A stretch of 59,139 nt of DNA, filler included, from Candidatus Woesearchaeota archaeon CG1_02_57_44 (GCA_001871415.1; 4 parts of 4 records of this genome joined end to end with filler, not necessarily neighbours in it); one strand, 5' to 3'; counted from the whole stretch's first letter, positions 7,240-16,618 are shown. Notes: generated by a model not told the origin, from the letters alone. Numbers and translations: made by a program.

Positions 7240-8934
7240 CTATCCTATCCACACGCCCATGGCGTCTAGCGCCTGGCCCAGGCATCGCGCTTCAAGGGTT
7301 CCTGTCTGGACAGGGGTGATTCTGCCGCTGGACGCGTCAGCAGGCGCGTTGCCCGCCTGCTCAAGAAGTTCCCTGCTCCGCTCAAGCGATGTCGTGCAGT
7401 CGTCATGCAGTACGATGCGCGGCGCATCAGCCGTGCCCATGCTCCAGAGCAGGGCCGATGCAATGTCCCGTGCGCTGCGCAAAGCTGCTGCCTCAGGGCG
7501 CAGGGAAAGGGGGTTGAGGCCTGCCCACGTATGTCCGGCATAGGGGTCCTGCTGTGTCAGCTGGTTGAGATAGGCGATGGTGGTCGCCTTCTTTTCGCCA
7601 GCAATGCCCCCGATGGTCGGCAGTCTGAGCGCTATGCCGCTGTCTCCGATACTATCCAATCGTTCAGGCAGGGCATAGGTCCCTTCTTCCTGCTGCGAGA
7701 GCGTGCCATCCAGTGCGATGCGCGCAGCATCCCTTCCATCAACCATGATAGTGTACCCTCCTTCAGCACCCCCTGCTTTCAGGTCGTCCATCCATTTCTG
7801 CCACCAGTCCTGGCAATAGCGATTCCCGGGACTGCCCTGGCGGACCGCACCGATGCAAGGAGCGCATTCCTCTGGCGCGATGGATGTCTGCTGGCAGTGC
7901 GTGAGCGCGCCATCCGGGATATCCCATCTGATGATGCCCCGGACAGGGGGGGTCACCCAGGCGTTGCCCGTGTGGATGATCTCGATAGGTCTGTTGCTGC
8001 CCGGCCCGTCGAGCGCGAGGGTGATATCCTGCTCTGCTGTTGGAGGATGGTGGGTCCTCTCGAGCAGGTCCAGCAGCTCGTTTCGGCTCAGATCCTTTGC
8101 CTGTGTATTGAGCATCCGGACATTGGACCCTCTGACCAGCCCTCCAGTGCCGATGCCCCACAGCTCATCCTCACCGCCACCTGTGGTCAGCAGGGCCCCC
8201 GAGGGGCCAGCAGGGCCGTGACGTGTCCGGCTGATGCTGGTCTTTGCCTCCTGCTTGCTCAGCGAGAACATAGTGCCGCCAAGCTCCAGTGTCGCCAGGT
8301 GCTGTATGTATGCTTCGGGATGGGTGATGCTCACTTTGAGCATGCGCCCCTGCGGGCCGGTCAGCTCGACCGTGGCATACGCGTACTCATCAAGCAGCGT
8401 GAGTGTCAGGTCGCGGACCGTTATCGTACCAAGCCCTTGCAGGGATACGCCCGTATAGGACCCGACGCGCATCATGGCTCCTGTGCCATCCAAGGAGCCA
8501 AAGCGCACCGTGACCTGTTGCTCGGGCTGCAACGTGAACTCGCCCAACATAAGGATGCTTCCTGCCTGCAGGATGATGCTGTCAGGTCCGACGATGCCGG
8601 TTCCGATAAGGGTCCCGAGGCCAAGGTCTGCGCCGTCAGGAGCAGGGGCCTCTATGCGCCAGCTGGTCTGTGCGTCAGTAGTCCCGCCATCCTGCCCTCC
8701 CATCTGTTCAGATACCGTGGCGCCAGTGAGCGCCGTCGCCCAGGTACCATGTGCGTTGAGCGTCGCGAGCGCGGAATCGGCAAGTCCATCGGCGAGAACG
8801 GGATGCGCGAGAGCGAGTGCTGCCAGCAGCGCGAGGAGCAGCACAGCTGCCTTGGCCGTTGGACAACCTCCTTCATTAGCTCCTGTCGCTTCCATGTGCG
8901 TGCCTTGATTGACACTGTGATGATGATGCATCAT
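7240..8934 (-). CDS. Hypothetical secreted protein
   Basis: 564-aa ORF with signal-like AAVLLLALLAALALAHPVLA; coupled to 8931..9761; exact start uncertain. Confidence 0.6.
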   Translation of the reverse strand: MMHHHHSVNQGTHMEATGANEGGCPTAKAAVLLLALLAALALAHPVLADGLADSALATLNAHGTWATALTGATVSEQMGGQDGGTTDAQTSWRIEAPAPDGADLGLGTLIGTGIVGPDSIILQAGSILMLGEFTLQPEQQVTVRFGSLDGTGAMMRVGSYTGVSLQGLGTITVRDLTLTLLDEYAYATVELTGPQGRMLKVSITHPEAYIQHLATLELGGTMFSLSKQEAKTSISRTRHGPAGPSGALLTTGGGEDELWGIGTGGLVRGSNVRMLNTQAKDLSRNELLDLLERTHHPPTAEQDITLALDGPGSNRPIEIIHTGNAWVTPPVRGIIRWDIPDGALTHCQQTSIAPEECAPCIGAVRQGSPGNRYCQDWWQKWMDDLKAGGAEGGYTIMVDGRDAARIALDGTLSQQEEGTYALPERLDSIGDSGIALRLPTIGGIAGEKKATTIAYLNQLTQQDPYAGHTWAGLNPLSLRPEAAALRSARDIASALLWSMGTADAPRIVLHDDCTTSLERSRELLEQAGNAPADASSGRITPVQTGTLEARCLGQALDAMGVWIG

Positions 8935-9761
8935 AGCTGCCCCGCGAAGATGAGCGGAGGCAGTGTACCGTCCTTCTCTGCGATGCTGTAGATGATGGTG
9001 TCCTGGTCATAGGGGATGAGCACACAATCAAGGTTCTGCTCCCTGCAGACCGTGTTGACATAGCTGAGACTGATGGAGTTGCCAGCGCTTATCTGCTTGC
9101 TCACTATCTTATCCGTCACTTCCATGACAGTGTGGAGGTTGCTGGGGATGCTGACCGGGCTTGGCTGCACCTCATGCACGCCGTCGCTGCAGCGCAGCCG
9201 CGCGCCGCTGATGGTGATGTCCAGCGAGCCGGGGAGTATCTGCGTCTCCACGCTCATCCTGCTCGTGTCCATGCCGCAGTCTGATACCGTCAGATCGCTG
9301 AGCCGTTTCTTGACCTGCGCGCTGATGCGTCGTGAGAGCTCTGAGGAAGTAGGCAATGTCGACTGCCCATGGCCAAAGAAGATGGGGATGTCATGCTCCT
9401 GCAGGATCTGCTCCTGCGGCAGGCCGTCCAGCAGCAGGTCGCTGATGGTGCGAAGCTCCTGCAGGTTGGCGCTTATCTCTGCTGACAATTCAAGCGCCTG
9501 GCCTTGCTCCGGTCCCTGCTGGATATACTGGTCCAGTTGCCCGGAGGTGACGCTGCTGCTGGTGTAGTTGCGAAGATAGAGCGTGGCGGAGAACACGATC
9601 ATGAGCACGATGCCCGCCATCAGGAAGATGGTCACCTGCGCGCGCCTGCTCTTGCGCTTCCAGCGCGATGGCATGGTCTGCAGGCTCTGGAGCAGATGGC
9701 CGACGCTATGCCTGACTGGAGGGCTGATGGTGCTGCTCTGTGGCTCAGTGTCTATGCTCAC
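8931..9761 (-). CDS. Pilin-like protein with class III signal peptide
   Basis: KRKSRRA|QVTIFLMAGIVLMIVFSATLYL; the true start may be downstream (MPSRW). Confidence 0.75.
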   Translation of the reverse strand: MSIDTEPQSSTISPPVRHSVGHLLQSLQTMPSRWKRKSRRAQVTIFLMAGIVLMIVFSATLYLRNYTSSSVTSGQLDQYIQQGPEQGQALELSAEISANLQELRTISDLLLDGLPQEQILQEHDIPIFFGHGQSTLPTSSELSRRISAQVKKRLSDLTVSDCGMDTSRMSVETQILPGSLDITISGARLRCSDGVHEVQPSPVSIPSNLHTVMEVTDKIVSKQISAGNSISLSYVNTVCREQNLDCVLIPYDQDTIIYSIAEKDGTLPPLIFAGQL

Positions 9762-9828
9762 GACTACCCCGGTGATTGTGGGTGCCAGGGCGGCTTATAA
9801 GGTTGGCGGTGCAGAGAAGAAGGATTGC

Positions 9829-10962
9829 TTACGGATGTTTGGTACTGTCATTGGTCAGTCTTCTCTTCAGCCCTTCATAGATGGCGACCATGGGTGATTT
9901 CTCAAGCCGGTAGCGTCCTCTGCTTATCTGTTTGAGGATCCCGAGCTTCACAAGCCTGCCGATGTAGGTGGAAGGGACGCCAAGTGAGCTTATCTCTGAA
10001 CTTCTGAACATATCTTTGTCAAGCTTGATGAGTTGTAGGAAATACATAACATCCTTATCTGATGCTGTTGGAATCTCGTGGTCGAGCCAACTTTTGCCGA
10101 TATCAACGGCTTTTTCAACCGATTGAATTACTTGACCCTTTGTTATGCTTGCATTGTCAAGATAGCTCGCGCTCGCTAGGCACTGGACGAGATAGGGATA
10201 ACCAAAGGTGAGTTTCTGGATCTGCTCGATGGCGGAGTCTTCCCACGATGTTTTCTGAGATACTAATGGTTTGTTCAGTACTTCTTTAGTTTCATCAAGA
10301 GTGAACCTGCCTAGATTATAACTTGCGCCAGAGAAGATGCGCGCGATGGGTGAATATTCATCAACGAGTCTTTTTTCAAATTGTATGCCTCCTGAAGTAA
10401 CCAGCAGGACGGGAGTCTGCGATACATTCTCGACAATGGTCTTTAACTCACCAATGGCTTCTGATGAGAGATAGTCAGCATCATCAAGGGCTACAAGGAT
10501 AAACTCCGCATTGTGGATGTGCTTGACTGCTTTTTTCCAAAGCTGATATTGGCTATTATTGAGTTGTGGTCTGGTCAGGTCGATTTCAATAGATAATGCT
10601 TTGACTTTGGATATGTCTTCTCCTTTCTTTCTGAGCTTTTCAATGAGATTCTGCCGTTCGTGAATCTGTGCCTGTAATTCTTCTAAGAGCATGACATAGA
10701 GCTCTTCATTGCTGATGGTCCTGGAGAGTCTCCTGCAAAAGGATATGCCTCCTGGAAACTCTTCATTTGCGATATCTATGATTTTATGCAGAAGGGAGGT
10801 TTTTCCAACACCTCTATGTCCATAGACGAGAAGTCCTCCTGACTGATCCTGGACTATTGCCTTCCTGAGGCGTTCTCTGGCAGACGATAGCACGGAGTTT
10901 CTGCCTCCAAAGTAATCAGGCTTTGCAGGGGCCTGAGGGTCATATGGATTTGCCATGCGCAT
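9829..10962 (-). CDS. AAA+/STAND-like P-loop ATPase with C-terminal winged helix
   Basis: NPY.P..P...FGGR; Walker A GHRGVGKT; Walker B VALDDAD; GYPY motif; LVKLGILKQISRGRYRL wHTH. Visibly more AT-rich than flanks. Confidence 0.85.
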   Translation of the reverse strand: MRMANPYDPQAPAKPDYFGGRNSVLSSARERLRKAIVQDQSGGLLVYGHRGVGKTSLLHKIIDIANEEFPGGISFCRRLSRTISNEELYVMLLEELQAQIHERQNLIEKLRKKGEDISKVKALSIEIDLTRPQLNNSQYQLWKKAVKHIHNAEFILVALDDADYLSSEAIGELKTIVENVSQTPVLLVTSGGIQFEKRLVDEYSPIARIFSGASYNLGRFTLDETKEVLNKPLVSQKTSWEDSAIEQIQKLTFGYPYLVQCLASASYLDNASITKGQVIQSVEKAVDIGKSWLDHEIPTASDKDVMYFLQLIKLDKDMFRSSEISSLGVPSTYIGRLVKLGILKQISRGRYRLEKSPMVAIYEGLKRRLTNDSTKHP

Positions 10963-11272
10963 GGGATATATATCAATATTTATTAATGTTTTGTATAATT
11001 AATAAAAATAAATTAACGCTTGTATAACTTAAAAATATCAATGCCAACCTTTTTAAACAACTCCCTGTTTGCCAGCCCTATTGCCGAGAGCGCGAGGCGA
11101 GAAAGAGCGCGACAGGTGCGAAGGCTTTGGCCGATATCGCCGCCTGGCTGTGTGGTCGCATGGTGTATGCGATTTCAGCATCTCCTCGTTCTTGGCAATG
11201 TATGAGATACAGAATACTATCAAAGCGCAAGCAAATTGAAGCAAGACCCGCAAGGTCAGACAAGGTGAGAAC

Positions 11273-11866
11273 ATGACAGACGAGCAGATACTTGTGCCAC
11301 AGGACCAGTACCTCAAGAGCGGTATCCACATCGGCACCAAGTTCAAGACCAAGTACATGGAGCCATTCATCTACAAGACGCGCCCGGACGGGCTGAGCGT
11401 GCTCAACCTGCAGAAGATAGACGAGCGCATCAAGCTGGCGGCCAACATGGTCTCCCAGTACGAGCCAAAGGACATCATGATCGTCTGCCGCCGCGAGAAC
11501 GGCTGGAAGGCAGTGCGGAAATTCGCCGAGCTGACCGGCTGCAACTTCTACGCGGGCAGGTATCCACCAGGAACCCTTACGAATCCCGCGCTCAAGTATT
11601 TTCGCGAGATAAAGCTGCTGCTCGTGACCGACGCGTGGCCTGACCGCAACGCGGTGATGGACGCGTTCAAGGCGAGCATCCCGGTCATCGGGCTCTGCGA
11701 CACCAACAACCAGTCCAACTACCTTGATCTGGTCGTGCCCTGCAACAACAAGGGCAAGAAGTCGTTGGGGCTCTTCTTTTGGATCCTGGCGCGCGAGTAC
11801 ATGACCCGCCGTGGCCTGGTGCAAGGAGAGTTCGACGTCAGCGTCGATGACTTCACGGAGCTCTGA
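11273..11866 (+). CDS. rps2: 30S ribosomal protein S2 (uS2, archaeal type)
   Basis: YLKSGIHIGTK, GRYPPGTLTNP, IPVIGLCDTNN, PCNNKGKKSLG; AGGTGA Shine-Dalgarno upstream. Confidence 0.97.
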   Translation: MTDEQILVPQDQYLKSGIHIGTKFKTKYMEPFIYKTRPDGLSVLNLQKIDERIKLAANMVSQYEPKDIMIVCRRENGWKAVRKFAELTGCNFYAGRYPPGTLTNPALKYFREIKLLLVTDAWPDRNAVMDAFKASIPVIGLCDTNNQSNYLDLVVPCNNKGKKSLGLFFWILAREYMTRRGLVQGEFDVSVDDFTEL

Positions 11867-11982
11867 ACGAGCATCCAGACCAGAACATATGGCGGTTATT
11901 GCCGCTTTTTTCTATTTCTTTCCTCTGGTATATAGTTGTACAGCATAGTGCTTGCGTAGATATCAGAAATGACCAGAGACAA

Positions 11983-12897
11983 TTACTGCCCTTTCGTCAT
12001 GGCCGCCAGCAGCGCCTGCGCCGTATTGACGCCCTCTTCAAAATACGTGCGAACTGGGTCATTGTCGTTCTTCTCGAGCACGTCGATGACGGGCATGCTG
12101 CCGTCCTTCGCGCGCTGCAGCTCGCGAAGCCTGCCAGCCATCGTCTCACCAAACACTTCCGTTTCGCTCAGGGCATATCGTTGCAGATACCCGAGTATCT
12201 GGTTCAGTACAGCAGCTGCCTGCCGCGTGTCCAGCTCCTCATGCTCGAGCAGCTTGGAGAATTCATTATATAGTTCGGTAGGAATGGACAATTTGGAGCG
12301 AAGCTGTTTGCCACCGCCGCGGCCTTTGCGATAGACCCTGCCGACCGCGGAGTTCAGGCCTTTGCATTTCTCTTCGAGCGACCGTGCCTGCACGCGTATC
12401 TGCTGCTCTTGCATGACCGGCACTTCCTTGATGACCTCTTTGACGACAGGAACCTCCTTGACGACCTCTTTGATGACAGGTACTTCCCTCACCACTTCCT
12501 TGATCTCAGGCACGCGCTTGATGACTTCCTTGGTCTTGACGCGCACCTCCGTGTGGTGCCCGGCACCAAGGTTGAGAAGCGCGACCAGCAGCAGACCCAG
12601 CAGGATATTGTCCACGATGAGTGCCGGGATGTTGGGCGTGATGCTCATGCTGCTGAATAATGGCGCGGTCAGCAGGAGCGTGAACGGCCAGAGGAGCGCG
12701 AAGATCCACGCCAATGGATATTGCTTGCCACGGAGCATCACCTGCGCGGTGATGAAGGTGAGCAACAGCGGATAGAACGCGGCGGCGATGGCGTGTAGTG
12801 GCTGGTCGACAAGATAGGAGACATACCCTAAGAGCACCAGCACCAGCAGGAAGATGGCAATGCTATAGAGCGCGACCAGCTTGTCCCACATACCCAT
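11983..12897 (-). CDS. Multi-TM membrane protein with KEVPV repeats and a cytoplasmic helical domain
   Basis: Four N-terminal hydrophobic helices, then KEVIKRVPEIKEVVREVPVIKEVVKEVPVVKEVIKEVPV. Confidence 0.75.
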   Translation of the reverse strand: MGMWDKLVALYSIAIFLLVLVLLGYVSYLVDQPLHAIAAAFYPLLLTFITAQVMLRGKQYPLAWIFALLWPFTLLLTAPLFSSMSITPNIPALIVDNILLGLLLVALLNLGAGHHTEVRVKTKEVIKRVPEIKEVVREVPVIKEVVKEVPVVKEVIKEVPVMQEQQIRVQARSLEEKCKGLNSAVGRVYRKGRGGGKQLRSKLSIPTELYNEFSKLLEHEELDTRQAAAVLNQILGYLQRYALSETEVFGETMAGRLRELQRAKDGSMPVIDVLEKNDNDPVRTYFEEGVNTAQALLAAMTKGQ

Positions 12898-12975
12898 GCC
12901 CTGTTGGATGGTATAGACATTTATAAGGGTTTAGCATGTCCAATGCATCTCATCCAGGCAGAATTGCCCTTCATT

Positions 12976-13106
12976 ATTGCAAAGCACGGGGTTGAATACC
13001 CCGTCCTTCAGGACGTGCTTTGCAATTCAAAAATCCGCCTGCAATGACGAGGCGCGGTAATACCGCGGCCTTCAGGCCGCGGTTAGCGCCGAGTGGCGGA
13101 TTTTTG
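12976..13106. repeat. Two adjacent nested inverted-repeat elements with IS200/IS605-end-like hairpins
   Basis: 13-bp IR ATTGCAAAGCACG/CGTGCTTTGCAAT (12976-13026) and 12-bp IR CAAAAATCCGCC/GGCGGATTTTTG (13028-13106). Each encloses AATACC.CG.CC-TTCA-GG.CG. Confidence 0.65.
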
Positions 13107-13200
13107 TTATCTCTATAGTTACTGTCCAATAACATATTTAAAGCCCGCGGCACTTGTCGGCTGCATGGCCCGCTCAAGCGCGTGGTATCTTGCGCTGCTC

Positions 13201-13300
13201 NNNNNNNNNNNNNNNNNNNNNNNNNNNNNNNNNNNNNNNNNNNNTTAATTAATTAANNNNNNNNNNNNNNNNNNNNNNNNNNNNNNNNNNNNNNNNNNNN
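13201..13300. other. Artificial contig linker (assembly gap)
   Basis: N44-TTAATTAATTAA-N44, stops in all six frames. Confidence 0.97.
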
Positions 13301-13377
13301 CAATTTCTTGTCGAGATTCGTCATGTATCCTCTTTAGAACCGAAAAGTATATAAGGATATCTATGGATATCCTGATT

Positions 13378-13536
13378 ATGAGACAAATCCAAACACGAAA
13401 AGGCGATCTGACCATCAAAGAACACGTCAACGTGATTTACGAAAAACAAATCACACCATTTGGCAACTCAGCAAAACTTGACGCGCCAAAGAAATACATC
13501 GGCAAAAGAGCATACGTCATAATCGTTGACGATTAA
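13378..13536 (+). CDS. DUF2080-like small transposon-associated protein, 52 aa (absent from ORF track)
   Basis: My translation: MRQIQTRKGDLTIKEHVNVIYEKQITPFGNSAKLDAPKKYIGKRAYVIIVDD*; FGNSAK.D.PK.YIGKR.YVII signature; AAAAGTATATAAG promoter just upstream. Confidence 0.8.
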   Translation: MRQIQTRKGDLTIKEHVNVIYEKQITPFGNSAKLDAPKKYIGKRAYVIIVDD

Positions 13537-14149
13537 TTACGCAACACAGCAGTTTATTATCCAAATCCAATAATTCATAGGGTATTTCTTCATTAGGACA
13601 AACGATGTTAAAGATTTTCATGATTTCTCGCGTAGATAAATCTGGAAGGTGAGCCCGAAGGAGTTCAACGCCGGACTTGTCCTTTGAGAGTTCACTTATA
13701 TTCTTAATCTCAATGCTTTTATGTACAATATTGATATCCATGAATAGCTTTACAATCTTTACTGGAATAATCTCATTTATAAGTGGAAATACCCTTTTTT
13801 GAGTTTCACTGAGTCTTCCACTGTTGGCCTTCACTTCTAAAAAAAATTCGTCTTGAGTAGAATATACAAAATAATCTGGTATACCAATAGCATAATCGGG
13901 AAAGAACCCTGAATTTGAAATATCGCATACTTGACAACACTTCATGTATCTTGATTCTTGATCTTTATCTCGTAATAATTCGAATCTAGGTTTCTTTGTC
14001 TTTAATAGATATTCTGAGGAGAGTACTGTGTATCCAGAGTGCTTGAGCATATACCTGACCAAGGATTCGCTGATTATCGAAGCAACAAATCCTTTTACAC
14101 ATGCTCTTCGTTGAGTATCGTCGAGTCTGATGGTCATTTTTCTCCCCAC
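13517..14149 (-). CDS. VRR-NUC-like PD-(D/E)XK nuclease
   Basis: GIPDYFV...FFLEVKANSGRLSETQK; AT-rich. Confidence 0.75.
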   Translation of the reverse strand: MGRKMTIRLDDTQRRACVKGFVASIISESLVRYMLKHSGYTVLSSEYLLKTKKPRFELLRDKDQESRYMKCCQVCDISNSGFFPDYAIGIPDYFVYSTQDEFFLEVKANSGRLSETQKRVFPLINEIIPVKIVKLFMDINIVHKSIEIKNISELSKDKSGVELLRAHLPDLSTREIMKIFNIVCPNEEIPYELLDLDNKLLCCVINRQRL

Positions 14150-14228
14150 TGTACATGGGCGTCATCGCTGCCCCTTACGAGCATGGTCGCCGCGCCAGTC
14201 GGGGGACCTGGGTGCAGGAACCTTATTA

Positions 14229-14861
14229 TTACTCCCTGTGTATCCTGTGTGCTTCAATGAGGGCTTGGTTCATCCGTCTAGTGCCCGAACAACTATTCAC
14301 GAGGTCCCCTGTAAAAGGTTTAGGGAAATGGCAATAATCTACTTCCTTCTCTGTTTTCTGGATGATATACATCACCGAAGGCTTCATATCTGCATCGCTG
14401 CTGAAGAGTAGCGCGACATCATATTCGTCATTGAGTGCATCAACCAACATCGTTATAGCAAGTTGAACGTCCACACCTTTTTCTACACTTCTTTCAACGT
14501 TTCTAAGAAACACAACCCGTCCGCACTTTGGACAGTTTACATCTGTAGCAAGCTGCTTTTTACATACGCTGCATTGAACCCAGATGTCATTCAAATGGCG
14601 CTTGACCAGTTTGCCAGTATGCATAATAACATGGGAATCTCTTTGAAGTTGCGCAAAGAATTTTTGTTGGCTGCTAGCTACTTCTGGCTTTTCCATCCGG
14701 TCAACCGTGGCGCTAAAGAAGTGTATTTTGTTTAGTTCTTCTCCGTCCTCGAGCATGTCATTTATTAAATTGGAATAGTTAACACGCACTATTCCAAAAT
14801 TTGCCTTGCAAAGATGGTAGAAATTACTGCCGTCTATGTATGCGGAAACGCGTTGAACCAT
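14229..14861 (-). CDS. NYN-domain (LabA/DUF88, PIN-like) RNase with inserted Zn ribbon
   Basis: YIDGSNF, EKGVDV.LA, SSDADM; CSVC...CPKC insertion. Confidence 0.9.
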   Translation of the reverse strand: MVQRVSAYIDGSNFYHLCKANFGIVRVNYSNLINDMLEDGEELNKIHFFSATVDRMEKPEVASSQQKFFAQLQRDSHVIMHTGKLVKRHLNDIWVQCSVCKKQLATDVNCPKCGRVVFLRNVERSVEKGVDVQLAITMLVDALNDEYDVALLFSSDADMKPSVMYIIQKTEKEVDYCHFPKPFTGDLVNSCSGTRRMNQALIEAHRIHRE

Positions 14862-14878
14862 TTTTGTTATGAAAAGGA

Positions 14879-14950
14879 CCTTTCGTTGACGGCTAGGCCG
14901 GCAACGAAAGGGAGTTAATTATGCTAGAGGAGGGCATGTGGTATATAAAA
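14879..14950 (-). promoter_or_regulatory. 5' leader hairpin and TATA box of the NYN gene
   Basis: IR CCTTTCGTTG (14879-88) / CAACGAAAGG (14902-11) with inner CGGC/GCCG stem; TTTTATATAC on the minus strand at 14950-14941. Confidence 0.5.
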
Positions 14951-15040
14951 ACCTTGCCTCCGAGCAATCCAGTTCATTTATTAATCTTTTATACTGGATT
15001 CTATATTCGCGCACAACATTTAATCATTTTCCTTGTAGAG

Positions 15041-15394
15041 TCATTTTGCACTACATCCTTGTATTACAATCAAACTCGTTGGTAGAAACGTCCGATTTCG
15101 GGCTGGCCCTCCCGTCGACGACGTCAACCCTCGGGTTTGTAGGGGGTTTTTTCTCGGGCGGCTGAGCTTCTTACCCTGAGCCCTCGCCCTCGCGAGCCCG
15201 AGCATCGTCCTCTCCCTGATACAATCACGCTCGAAGTTGGCCATGGCCGCCAGCACGTTCGCCATCAGCCAGCCGGCGGCGGTGCTAAGGTCAATGCCCT
15301 CCTTTAGGCTGACCATGCTCACCCCCGCCGTCGCCTTCCACGCGCGCTCGCTCATGGCGAACACGCCAGTCAATTTCGTCATCACCCTCATCAC
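15041..15394 (-). pseudogene. Truncated serine recombinase (resolvase/invertase) fragment
   Basis: GVSMVSLKEGIDLSTAAG.LM..VLAAMANFERDCIRERTMLGLARARAQGK..RP is the C-terminal half of the resolvase domain; the catalytic YxRVS N-terminus is missing. Confidence 0.8.
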
Positions 15395-15674
15395 ATCCTA
15401 CACCTCCAAAACGATTCAGAACGCGCGCGTGTCATCATCCGCGCCCGTCCTCATTCAGCACCCTCGCAAGACGTGGACGTGCGAGAATCGTCAACCTCGC
15501 CACGGCGACCGCGCCACCACAACAAGCGAGACAGGCTAGCGCTGTCCAGCAATGTGAAACAGTACTCGTCAGCCCCGGGGCGGGGCACGAAAAGGAACAT
15601 GGCCAGCTTGCAGCGCTTCACTCGCGTGCGGCTTTTTATACGTTGTATTACGTCGCATCAGAAAGGAGTAGGAG

Positions 15675-15749
15675 TGCCCCGTACGGGATTCGAACCCGTG
15701 TCGCAGCCTCGAAAGGGCCGCATGATTGGCCGGACTACACCAACGGGGC
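15675..15749 (-). tRNA. tRNA-Glu(TTC)
   Basis: Reverse complement GCCCCGTTGGTGTAGTCCGGCCAATCATGCGGCCCTTTCGAGGCTGCGACACGGGTTCGAATCCCGTACGGGGCA folds as a cloverleaf; loop CTTTCGA; CCA not encoded. Confidence 0.95.
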
Positions 15750-16143
15750 GGTGTTGGTTGCGACGTCAGCCATAGACATCTGCCCTGCAAACATTTCCCG
15801 TCTCTTTTAAACCTTTTCTGTTCGGGGCCTGGATCTGAAGGTTCTGCTTCAGGTGGAGGTTGTTGGGAACTGCATTATGAGCCCCCTTTTGGACTCACAA
15901 AACCCTATACTGATTCCCACATGCCATTATTTTCCTCGTCGACAAAGCAGAAACGCTTAAATAGCCAACAGCTACTCTCACGCATGGTGGGTTCGTTCAG
16001 CAAGCAGGGCAGCAGGGGCCCAAATCCCTCTCCCTGAATGCTTTTTTTCCGCTTCCTTGGCTTTGTATGTCTGCCGCTATCATCTGTGGCATTGCTCCTT
16101 TCCTTGCAAAACTTTAAAAGCAACCCCTTTGTTTTGCTCTGCT

Positions 16144-16338
16144 ATGGGACGCATCAAGACCGTGCTCGTCAAGCGTGTCAGTCGCGAGCTCGTTGACAAC
16201 TATGAAGACCGCCTCTGCACTGATTATGCCACAAACAAGCAGTCCATCAAGAGTCTCGCTCATATCCCCAGCAAGAAGATAGAGAATGTCGTCGCGGGAT
16301 ATGTGACAAGACTCATGAGGGCGCGCAAGGCAGCGTAG
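16144..16338 (+). CDS. rps17e: 30S ribosomal protein S17e
   Basis: MGRIKTVLVKR...DY.TNK...SKK..N.VAGYVTR; TTTAAA box upstream. Confidence 0.93.
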   Translation: MGRIKTVLVKRVSRELVDNYEDRLCTDYATNKQSIKSLAHIPSKKIENVVAGYVTRLMRARKAA

Positions 16339-16342
16339 CAGA

Positions 16343-16618
16343 ATGCAAGGCAATCTCTTTGTCGGCACCAAGCCTGTCATGAACTATGTGACCGGGCTGG
16401 TCATGCAATTGACGACCAAGGGCGCGACTACCGTGACTGTCAAGGCACGCGGCAAGTTCATCAGCAAGGCTGTGGACATCGCAGAGGTCGCGACCAAGCG
16501 ATTCCTGCAGGGCCAGGCGAAGATTTCTGATATAACAACCAACTCTGAATCCTTCAAGAACGCTGATGGAAAAGACGTGACCGTGAGTACCATCACAATC
16601 ACGGTCAGCAAGATATGA
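16343..16618 (+). CDS. albA: DNA/RNA-binding protein Alba
   Basis: FVG.KPVMNYV...VKARGKFISKAVDIAE...VSTI.I. Confidence 0.95.
   Translation: MQGNLFVGTKPVMNYVTGLVMQLTTKGATTVTVKARGKFISKAVDIAEVATKRFLQGQAKISDITTNSESFKNADGKDVTVSTITITVSKI

Noticed and set aside
7405..8991. 528-aa plus-strand ORF and other long antisense ORFs (e.g. 48240..49259, 57010..57840, 58282..58980)
   Set aside because: Shadows of real genes on the opposite strand in GC-rich DNA, with no recognisable motifs.
11050..11272. Possible structured RNA or riboswitch upstream of rps2
   Set aside because: I could not identify a convincing stem pattern or known motif by eye.
13201..13300. TTAATTAATTAA palindrome recurring three times (also at 26374 and 46423)
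   Set aside because: Always centred in N44 runs; it is an artificial six-frame-stop contig spacer, not biology.
12976..13536. IS200/IS605-like hairpins and the DUF2080-like gene as a single transposon
   Set aside because: They lie on opposite sides of a contig linker, and no transposase or TnpB is visible.
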